Shown here: positions 9,373-16,463 of the stretch, piece after piece
Position numbering within the stretch: the first letter of the stretch is position 1
Layout of the letters: each line of letters starts with the position of its first letter
Notes under the pieces: generated by a model
What the model saw: only the letters and a program-made list of their open reading frames with translations
Database searches by the model: none
What the model was told of the DNA's origin: nothing
Position numbers and translations under genes: made by a program
Assembly: GCA_050749405.1 (NCBI GenBank)
Contig: JBOGRD010000006.1
Coordinates: 60,892 to 92,891, forward strand
Direction: 5' to 3'
DNA from: Nitrosotalea sp.
GTDB lineage: Archaea; Thermoproteota; Nitrososphaeria; Nitrososphaerales; Nitrosopumilaceae
DNA length: 32,000 nt

Positions 9373-9408
9373 TTTTACTGACAGGTTTGTCAGTAAAACT
9401 GACAAAAA
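9373..9408. promoter_or_regulatory. Candidate operator: 11-bp perfect inverted repeat ttttactgaca/tgtcagtaaaa (4-nt spacer) followed by a third ACTGACA half-site
   Basis: Seen directly at 9373-9383 and 9388-9398, with a third copy aaactgacaaaa at 9396-9407. It sits between the wHTH gene stop (9363) and the start of the secreted protein gene (9440). Confidence 0.5.
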
Positions 9409-9439
9409 TGTAAGCGCGGTTTATTAGCAATTTCCAAAA

Positions 9440-11209
9440 ATGGAAATAACAATGACAAAAGATAATAACAAAAAACTTTCAAACAAACTTCTTGCAACAG
9501 CAATCGCAGTGGTACTTTGCGGTCTAGCGTATGGCGCATCGCATGCGGCTTATGCTATCACGTGTCCGGCTGGTTCATTTTGCGGAACGCTGTACTACAC
9601 TGACGAATCAAACGTCAAGTCGCTTACATTCCAATATACATCCCCGAATCCTCCTGTTTTTGGACCAGTACAACTCATTTATGGCCCAATCTCACCAGGT
9701 GGTGCTGACGGGTTAACCTTCAATCCTCAGAGCGGAAATCTTCTTGTTGGAGACATTCCTGTTTTGTCTCCAGGTCAAGTAATTTCAGAGGTTGATCCAT
9801 CTGCCATGACGCTGGTCACAACAATTCCAACCGGTGGCGACCCCGCTCACTTGATGGTTGATCCTACAGGCCAAACTCTATTCGGTTCAAACGGTGATCC
9901 AGGAAACCTCATATCGGTGGCATTAAGTCCACTAGGCAGTGGCGTTACGCACCCAATCTCTGGTGACGATGCCAATTTTGGTGTTGACACTGTCCAATGG
10001 TCTGATGCAACACATGCTTTCTACACCTCCGACCACTCAGGTGGGTTTTCGGGTGGAGGTGATGTGGGAACAATTGATATGAACACATTCACTACAACCT
10101 GCTTCAAGACCGCTGGTGTGTGCAACTTTTACCCAGGTGCTCATGGAATGTCCTATGACCCGTTCACTGGTGATCTGATGATCTTCGGCGGAGATCACAT
10201 TACTCAAGTAGACACTTCAGGTAACGTAGTCTCCGACCTTGTAGTCCCAGGTGCACTCTTTGATCAGGGAGCAGTAGACGGACATGGACACTTGCTAGTT
10301 GCAGACCAAGGGCAAGGCGCAATCTTCTTCCTTGATTATTCTGTTGACATGCAGGTCAATGGTCCGCACAAAGTTACAGCCCTAGACTCTGTCGGTGGAA
10401 CTGACGATGTAGCTCCACTCATTGGTCCTGGAACAGACCCGACTACAACTGTAACCACATCCGGCCAAATTGGCAATGATATTCCTGGCACAGCAGTGAC
10501 TGATTCTGCTACGGTGACAGGTTCAGGTACAACACCCCTGCCAGATCTAACAGGTACAGTAAACTTCCAGCTTTGTGGTCCTAATCCAAGTGCGTCAACA
10601 ACTCTAAACTGTGCACCAGCAGGTACAGCCTCAATAACTGTTCCTAATGGAGGTACATTTACAGCTGTTTCACCAGCACAAGCTCCGACAGCAGCTGGTT
10701 CATATTGCTGGACTGCCGCGTTTGTGCCTACTTCAGGCTCTCAATATTCGGGCTCTACCAGTACAACAACTACCAACGAGTGCTTTACCGTATTGTCATC
10801 AACAACGGTAGGTAGCATGACCGGTGGAGGAAGTGTCATCGATCCAACCGTGGGCAAGGTAACGCATGGCTTTGAGCTCCAATGTGATGTCACCAAAAAT
10901 CCTAACAGCCTTGAGGTCAACTGGGGCAAAGGAAACAAATTCCACTTGGATAGCTTGACATCGGCCTTTTGTGTAAATGACACAACGATATCGCCGTATC
11001 CTCCTGCTTCAGGATTTGATACCTATGTAGGTACAGGAACTGGCAGCTACAATGGTGTAGCAGGGGCAACAGCCCAGTGGACATTTACGGATGCTGGCGA
11101 ACCAGGCAAGAACGACCATGCCGCTATAGTCATCAAGGATAGTGGTGGCAGTACTGTATTGTCAGTATCTGGCAATCTCAAGAGCGGAAACCAACAAGCG
11201 CACAATTAA
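9440..11209 (+). CDS. Large secreted/surface protein, unknown function (beta-propeller-like N-terminal part, Thr/Gly-rich linkers, conserved C-terminal beta-rich domain)
   Basis: N-terminal signal-like segment KLLATAIAVVLCGLAYGASHAAYA. Low-complexity T/S/G-rich stretches. C-terminal TFTDAGEPGKNDHAAIVIKD...GNLKSGNQQAHN. G+C is clearly above the local background. Confidence 0.75.
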   Translation: MEITMTKDNNKKLSNKLLATAIAVVLCGLAYGASHAAYAITCPAGSFCGTLYYTDESNVKSLTFQYTSPNPPVFGPVQLIYGPISPGGADGLTFNPQSGNLLVGDIPVLSPGQVISEVDPSAMTLVTTIPTGGDPAHLMVDPTGQTLFGSNGDPGNLISVALSPLGSGVTHPISGDDANFGVDTVQWSDATHAFYTSDHSGGFSGGGDVGTIDMNTFTTTCFKTAGVCNFYPGAHGMSYDPFTGDLMIFGGDHITQVDTSGNVVSDLVVPGALFDQGAVDGHGHLLVADQGQGAIFFLDYSVDMQVNGPHKVTALDSVGGTDDVAPLIGPGTDPTTTVTTSGQIGNDIPGTAVTDSATVTGSGTTPLPDLTGTVNFQLCGPNPSASTTLNCAPAGTASITVPNGGTFTAVSPAQAPTAAGSYCWTAAFVPTSGSQYSGSTSTTTTNECFTVLSSTTVGSMTGGGSVIDPTVGKVTHGFELQCDVTKNPNSLEVNWGKGNKFHLDSLTSAFCVNDTTISPYPPASGFDTYVGTGTGSYNGVAGATAQWTFTDAGEPGKNDHAAIVIKDSGGSTVLSVSGNLKSGNQQAHN

Positions 11210-12015
11210 AAAGTTCTAACTACTCCCTCTCTTTTTTATTTTAGTTCACAATGGATATCCAAGGAGAGTATGATCCATAATCTTAGTGGGTTCTAACTTT
11301 GATAATGCAATCAAAAAAGCGGTTCTGCAGAAAGATGAGCTCTAGTCATTCCAAGTATTGCAAAAAAATATCATGTTATAGTACCAGATTTGATATGATA
11401 TGAAAAATCATATTTTGGAAAAGCATTTTGAAAATATAGTTTTAAGTTAATTTTTTAATTAGAGTTGCATGAATAAAATTGAAAATCTTACTGTGACAAC
11501 ACAGAAGCAAGAAACCACAAGCTCAAAAAGCGGCAAAATGCTATGGTGGATGCAAAAAGGCAAAAATGCCATCTATATCCAATTTGTGAACAAGGCTTGT
11601 ATGATATGACTACGATGAACCTTGTTACCTATAGCAGACATGGTAAAGAACAAGACAAGACAACCATAAAAAACTGCAGCGTCATTATCTTCAGCACTAC
11701 TTTTCACAAATTCTTTTCTTATTGATAACATGGAAACAACAATCCAAAACTGATAATCATTTTGACAACTTACTGTGATAGTCACACGGGTAACAAACAA
11801 ATTGTTTGTCGGTTTTCATTTGTATTAAAATAAAAATATTTTTTCTGCGCATAAAACATGTTGAAAGTTTTTTGTACAAGGCTGTTCTAGTGTACAAGCT
11901 GTATGCAATAGGTACCTTTGTTACCTTGATAGGAATGCAACTAGATCTGTATTACCTGAAAACATATCATCTTGATACCTACTTTACTTGGTAGCATGGT
12001 GTAACATATCTAGGA

Positions 12016-12405
12016 ATGGCAATTTTTGCTTTTACTGCGTTTAGCAGATACTTTGCTAGAAAAAAATTTGGAATGCGGCTTGATAGGGGAACAAGACTTG
12101 CACTAGTGGCAGTCTGTTTTATGCTTGGTAGTGGTTTTGCAGTTATTGCGGGTCACACATTTGTCGAACAAAAATTTGATCAAGTGATCTATTTGTCACG
12201 CTTGTTATTTTTGATTGGAATAGTACTTGCAGCAATAGCAACCATGATAAGCTTGAGTGGTACAAATCTTGCTTTTCTTGGGTATTTGTGCATAATTTTG
12301 GCTGTGATTACGGCATTCTTTATAACGTCAACTGTAATAAAATGGAACGTAGGATTGTACTATATGGTCGAGAATCCCACCCGGTCCACCTTCTCTTTGT
12401 ATTGA
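12016..12405 (+). CDS. Membrane protein (about 4 TM helices), unknown function; 3' end reads through the att repeat
   Basis: 129-aa hydrophobic ORF. The last 12 codons (ENPTRSTFSLY) are encoded by the tRNA-Ala-derived repeat at 12371-12392. Confidence 0.4.
   Translation: MAIFAFTAFSRYFARKKFGMRLDRGTRLALVAVCFMLGSGFAVIAGHTFVEQKFDQVIYLSRLLFLIGIVLAAIATMISLSGTNLAFLGYLCIILAVITAFFITSTVIKWNVGLYYMVENPTRSTFSLY
12371..12392 (+). repeat. att core copy 2 (duplicate of the tRNA-Ala 3' end)
   Basis: Exact 22-bp match to 7370..7391. The preceding ggtcgag resembles a degenerate T arm. Confidence 0.85.
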
Positions 12406-12409
12406 GACA

Positions 12410-12510
12410 GGTCACAGTCCGCTACCATTTTTCTCCACTACTGCCTTGTCTTTTGGCAAAGTCGCAACAAACCTACAACCCTGAGAGATTAACGTCTCCG
12501 CTTCGTCAAA
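12410..12510 (-). pseudogene. Remnant of a second integrase gene (last ~30 codons only)
   Basis: The reverse strand translates to DEAETLISQGCRFVATLPKDKAVV, against LDQAETLISQGWRFVATLPKDKAVV* at the end of the 7430..8047 integrase. The original stop is mutated (TAG to GAG) and an upstream in-frame stop lies at 12524-12526. Confidence 0.7.
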
Positions 12511-12578
12511 TATTCCACAATTCCACTAGACCTCATCTGGCTTTGGATGGTAAGACTCATGCGGAGAAGTATGTGTAA
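12504..12578 (+). pseudogene. Possible C-terminal fragment of an rve/DDE-type transposase
   Basis: The tail of ORF 12288..12578 reads IFHNSTRPHLALDGKTHAEKYV*. This resembles the Y-N-x-x-R-P-H-x-x-L-x-x-x-T-P ending of retroviral-integrase-fold transposases; compare HYNFVKPHMGLQNRTPAQK in the 24572 and 27421 genes. Confidence 0.3.
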
Positions 12579-12636
12579 AAATTATAGGCGATAACAAGTG
12601 GCTCACATTGATACAAAATGTCAGTAGGAGAGAAGC

Positions 12637-12753
12637 TTGATTCATCAATGCCCTTTATGTGGAATCAGAATGAATCTTGATTATGATTACCCGTTCAAGT
12701 ATTTTTGGTGTGATGATTGTAGGATCAAAGTTACTAGATATTTGACTAGATGA
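12637..12753 (+). CDS. Mini zinc-ribbon ORF (38 aa, TTG start), possibly a gene fragment
   Basis: (L)IHQCPLCGIRMNLDYDYPFKYFWCDDCRIKVTRYLTR*. The CPxC...CxxC spacing and the CP[LF]C[GN]IRM string match the N-terminus of ORF 29663..29968. Confidence 0.25.
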   Translation: MIHQCPLCGIRMNLDYDYPFKYFWCDDCRIKVTRYLTR

Positions 12754-12805
12754 AACACTATTGATGATAAATGTAATTCATTAACCTAAGGACTACCATA
12801 TCCTT

Positions 12806-12997
12806 ATGCTTGATTTAAGTCAGAGTCTTATTGTAAGAGTTGTTATTACCACCGCAATCCTCTCAATAATTTCCTACTTTGTGATTCGGAAGAATGTAGT
12901 ATCACCAGACCGATTAAAATGGGCTATTCCAGCCCTCTTTGTTGTCTTTGGAATCTCGATACTAATCCAAATTCTGTATGTCCTCAGCACAAAATAA
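12806..12997 (+). CDS. Small two-helix membrane protein, hypothetical
   Basis: 63-aa ORF with two hydrophobic segments. No other support. Confidence 0.3.
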   Translation: MLDLSQSLIVRVVITTAILSIISYFVIRKNVVSPDRLKWAIPALFVVFGISILIQILYVLSTK

Positions 12998-13138
12998 TTA
13001 TGCTTATTAAAAACCGATACCATACTGACAAGTTCAATTGGGTTCAGACTTGTAAGGATTCGAGTCAATACATAATTCGAGTCTTAAATTATGAATGATT
13101 CTATTTCATTGAATCATTTTGATAGAACAAAATCTAGA

Positions 13139-14473
13139 TTACGGAAGTGAAGGTGGAGTTGTTGCTCCAACCGGAGTTGCAGATGCAGTATTAGACGGTT
13201 CACTAGTTCCAACTGAATTAATTGCCGAGACACGATAAGTGTAGGTTGTCAGTGGAAGTACATTTGTGTCCGAATAAGTGGTTCCAGTTTTGCCAGTGTT
13301 TGCAACAAGAGTTGACCACGCATTTCCATTGTCAGTTGATCTCTCAATCATGTATCCTGTTATTGGAGTACCACCATTATCGCTTGGTGCATTCCAGCTT
13401 AGATTGATTTGTAAAAGATTAGCTGTTGCTGTCAAACCGGTTGGTGCAGAGGGAACAGTACTTCGACCGTCAATTACAGATACGTCTCCGGTATAAGCTT
13501 CCGGGCCTGTAGGATCGATCTCTGATGTATAGATCTTGTTTGTCATTGGATTGGCAGCAATTCTACCTGGATTCTTGGCAACTGATAAACTCTGTAATAC
13601 ACTGTTGGTGTTACCATCAATTACGGTCACTGTGTTACTTGTAAAGTCAGTCACGTAAATCTTGTTAGTATTTGGATTTACAGTAACACCGTTAGCACCG
13701 CTTCCAACTGATATTGTACCTACAATACTGTTGGTTGCGCCATCAACCACCTTCACGTCATTACTTGTGGATACGTAGATCAGGTTAGTATTTGGATTTA
13801 CAGTAACACCGTTAGCACCGCTTCCAACTGATATTGTACCTACAATACTGTTGGTTGCGCCATCAATTACAGTTAACATGCCTCCAGTGTCAGCAACGTA
13901 TATCCTATTTGTATTGGCATCTACTGCAACACCTTGAGGTTCAAAAGCTAATTGGACGGTAGATGCTATAGAATTTGTTGAACCATCTATTATTGAAAGA
14001 GCGCGAGTTCCACCACAACCACTGCCAATATTAGAAACATAGATCTTGTTGGTAACTGGATTTACGGCAATGTCTCCCGGTGCATAACTTGATGAAATTG
14101 AGGATACAACGGTATTTGTAGAACCATTTACTACATATATTTCGCAATTGTAATTCCCACCCACATATATCATATTTGTTGAGGGATTCACCCCTAATCC
14201 ATCGATGGCATTGAACACATCTATGTTCCTTACAACAGAATTTGTTAATCCGTTGATTACAGAAACGGTACCAGAATTGAAATTAGCAACGTAAATCAGA
14301 TTTGTATTAGAGTTTACATCTATACCCTCCGGATTTATTCCTACCACTACTGTAGCAACTACGGTATCTGCATAAGCGTTGTGTGAAATCATACCAATTG
14401 ATATTAGAAACATTGATGCAAAAACTACTGTTAGTATACGATTCTTACCGTTGCTACTTTTCAGTAGATTCAA
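13139..14473 (-). CDS. Secreted YVTN-family beta-propeller repeat protein with C-terminal fibronectin type III domain
   Basis: Signal-like N-terminus ILTVVFASMFLISIGMISHNAYA. About eight ~40-aa repeats of the form NPxTNxIYV.N...TVSVIDG.TNSV. C-terminal PSAPTGLTATA...LSWNAPSDNGGTPITGYMIERS...YTYRVSAINSVGTSEPS is a classic FN3 signature. Confidence 0.85.
   Translation of the reverse strand: MNLLKSSNGKNRILTVVFASMFLISIGMISHNAYADTVVATVVVGINPEGIDVNSNTNLIYVANFNSGTVSVINGLTNSVVRNIDVFNAIDGLGVNPSTNMIYVGGNYNCEIYVVNGSTNTVVSSISSSYAPGDIAVNPVTNKIYVSNIGSGCGGTRALSIIDGSTNSIASTVQLAFEPQGVAVDANTNRIYVADTGGMLTVIDGATNSIVGTISVGSGANGVTVNPNTNLIYVSTSNDVKVVDGATNSIVGTISVGSGANGVTVNPNTNKIYVTDFTSNTVTVIDGNTNSVLQSLSVAKNPGRIAANPMTNKIYTSEIDPTGPEAYTGDVSVIDGRSTVPSAPTGLTATANLLQINLSWNAPSDNGGTPITGYMIERSTDNGNAWSTLVANTGKTGTTYSDTNVLPLTTYTYRVSAINSVGTSEPSNTASATPVGATTPPSLP
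13664..13867. repeat. Intragenic tandem duplication: 84 bp identical at a 120-bp period (13664-13747 = 13784-13867)
   Basis: Direct comparison of the two stretches. It encodes the identical peptide VDGATNSIVGTISVGSGANGVTVNPNTN twice. Confidence 0.95.
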
Positions 14474-14786
14474 TGTGTGTATTCCAAGCTCAATACATAT
14501 CTCACTATGTTAAGAATTTCCTATAAGATCAGTACAGAAGTTTTGTAGAATTCAACTTTGCCAACAAATCATAACGTACGATATTACGTAATCATCGGGA
14601 GTTTTTACGAACAAAAGGGGGGCTTTGCCTTTTTTACTCTTTGTCTATGTACTCGTTTGCTGTTTAAAATAAAAAATTGGAGAGGGATTTGGTTTCACCC
14701 AAATCACCCTATGATTTTACGTAGCGGACAGGACCCTGTCTCAAGGATATGGGGACCGAAACACCACACGGTCCACTTTATAAAAA

Positions 14787-15194
14787 TCAAGTTACAGTTA
14801 TGTTAAATGTCGACACGGGTGCAAGCGGATCTATATCGCGTAAATTGTCCCAGACTAGTACCTGAATTTTGTACGTTCCGCTTGCATGTGGCGTCCAAGA
14901 AAGAGCCGCAGTAAGAGTTTGATTGGCGACAAGGGAACCTGTGGCATAATTTAGATCTGACGTTGCTCCCATAGAATCAATTATCTGAACAATGTATGCC
15001 CAGCCTACCTCCTTTTGGCTCACATTTTTCAGTGACGTTTGTAAGTTAAGTTGTTGGTCTACTACTGGAGAATTGATCACTTCACCAAGGGAATTAACTA
15101 TCTTAAAATCAGATACAGAAACTTCGTCATATCCATATGCTGAATTAATTCCAATCACTGCAAGGGCAAAAAGCAATACAAGAAGAAACTTCAT
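14787..15194 (-). CDS. Secreted protein, unknown function (Ig-like/beta-sandwich guess)
   Basis: The internal ATG at 15194 gives the signal peptide MKFLLVLLFALAVIGINSAYG. The longer track ORF (to 15335) would overlap the alba gene and its promoter. Confidence 0.65.
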   Translation of the reverse strand: MKFLLVLLFALAVIGINSAYGYDEVSVSDFKIVNSLGEVINSPVVDQQLNLQTSLKNVSQKEVGWAYIVQIIDSMGATSDLNYATGSLVANQTLTAALSWTPHASGTYKIQVLVWDNLRDIDPLAPVSTFNITVT

Positions 15195-15248
15195 TGCCAG
15201 CAATTCTTGCATTCTTAGATTTAAATTATCCCAAGAGACAGGGGACGC

Positions 15249-15530
15249 ATGTCCGAATCTAGAGAAACTATCTACATAGGCAAAAAGCCACTGATGGCGT
15301 ACGTTACTTCTTCGCTCATACAGTTGGCAAATCAACCAAAGATATCTATCAAGGCAAGAGGGCTAAGCATTGGTCGTGCAGTTGACGTAGCCCAAATAAT
15401 TGCACGAAAGACAGAAAATGCTGGTTACTCAATCGGAAACATCGCGATTGGATCAGAACAACTTCAATCACAAGATGGACGCTCTAGGAATGTTTCTACC
15501 ATAGACATAGAAGTAAAGAGAAACTCTTAG
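15249..15530 (+). CDS. albA: Alba DNA/RNA-binding chromatin protein
   Basis: IYIGKKPLMAYVTSSLIQL...ISIKARGLSIGRAVDVAQIIARK is the conserved Alba core, and the size (93 aa) is typical. Confidence 0.9.
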   Translation: MSESRETIYIGKKPLMAYVTSSLIQLANQPKISIKARGLSIGRAVDVAQIIARKTENAGYSIGNIAIGSEQLQSQDGRSRNVSTIDIEVKRNS

Positions 15531-15566
15531 GAAACCTTGACAGAAACCTTTCTTTTTTGTTCTTTT

Positions 15567-16430
15567 CTATGATTTTGTTTCGTACTTGTTTTCCATCTTC
15601 TTGAATTTAGACAACTCTACAATTTCATTGAACTGATCAAAATCAACAAGCCTATCTTTTAGCTTTGCAGTAGTTCCGGTTTTCCTTAGCTCTTTTAGAA
15701 TTTGCATCGTTGCAAATGTATTGGCATACAATACCGAGAGTGGGTAAAGAATGAGATTGAACCCCATTCTGTGTATCTCACTTGAAGAAAGTAACGGCGT
15801 AGCTCCTCCTTCTATCATGTTTGCCACCAATGGAGCCTTTATTGATTTTCCTATCTTTCTCATTTCATCGACTGATTTAGGAGCTTCTATGAATATGGCA
15901 TCCGCTCCTATATCCTTGTACAAAAGGCCTCGCTCAATTGCAGCATCCAAGCCCTCAGTTGCGCGAGCATCCGTCCTTGCTACCACTATGAAGTCATTAC
16001 TTTTTCTAGCATCCACTGCCGCTCTGAGTTTTTCGCTGTATTCTTCCTTGGCAATCACTTCCTTTCCTGACATGTGTCCGTATCTCTTTGGCCATTTCTG
16101 ATCTTCTAGGAAAATACCGGCGGCCCCAACTGCTTCTAATTCGTTAACAAGTTTCCATACGCTCAAAGGGTTTCCATAACCTGTATCGGCATCAACTATT
16201 ACTGGAACCAAAACAGATTTGCAAATTCGCCTTGCATTTTCTATAGTTTCCGTAGATCCAATAAATCCATAATCAGGCATTCCAAGCAACGCAGCCGAAG
16301 TTCCATATCCAGTTTGAAACATGGCCTCAAACCCTGCTTTTTGGGCTATTCTGGCTGTAATCGCATCATACACCCCAGGAAAAACAAGGGGTTTTGATTT
16401 GTCATATATCAATTTTCTAATGCTTTTCAA
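15567..16430 (-). CDS. Isocitrate lyase/PEP mutase superfamily enzyme (methylisocitrate lyase / carboxyPEP mutase-like)
   Basis: PGVYDAITARIAQKAGFEA, VIVDADTGYGN, GIFLEDQKWPKRYGH and VVARTDA motifs of the ICL/PEPM family. The signature reads KRYGH rather than K[KR]CGH. Confidence 0.8.
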   Translation of the reverse strand: MKSIRKLIYDKSKPLVFPGVYDAITARIAQKAGFEAMFQTGYGTSAALLGMPDYGFIGSTETIENARRICKSVLVPVIVDADTGYGNPLSVWKLVNELEAVGAAGIFLEDQKWPKRYGHMSGKEVIAKEEYSEKLRAAVDARKSNDFIVVARTDARATEGLDAAIERGLLYKDIGADAIFIEAPKSVDEMRKIGKSIKAPLVANMIEGGATPLLSSSEIHRMGFNLILYPLSVLYANTFATMQILKELRKTGTTAKLKDRLVDFDQFNEIVELSKFKKMENKYETKS

Positions 16431-16463
16431 CTGTCGCTATACGGTTTTACAATTATTTATTGC

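Noticed and set aside
12288-12578. 96-aa plus-strand ORF spanning the att repeat, integrase remnant and rve-like tail
   Set aside because: It is a chimeric read-through of three unrelated remnants. Only the last ~24 codons look like real (decayed) coding sequence, and these are reported separately as a low-confidence fragment.
14787-15335. Long version of the secreted-protein ORF, and similar N-terminal extensions at 20689 (argH), 28635 (SWIM-DDE copy 2), 28808, 19186 (sdhD) and 5524 (ilvE)
   Set aside because: The extensions overlap neighbouring genes or promoters, or precede an obvious signal peptide or a conserved N-terminus. Internal ATG starts were chosen instead.
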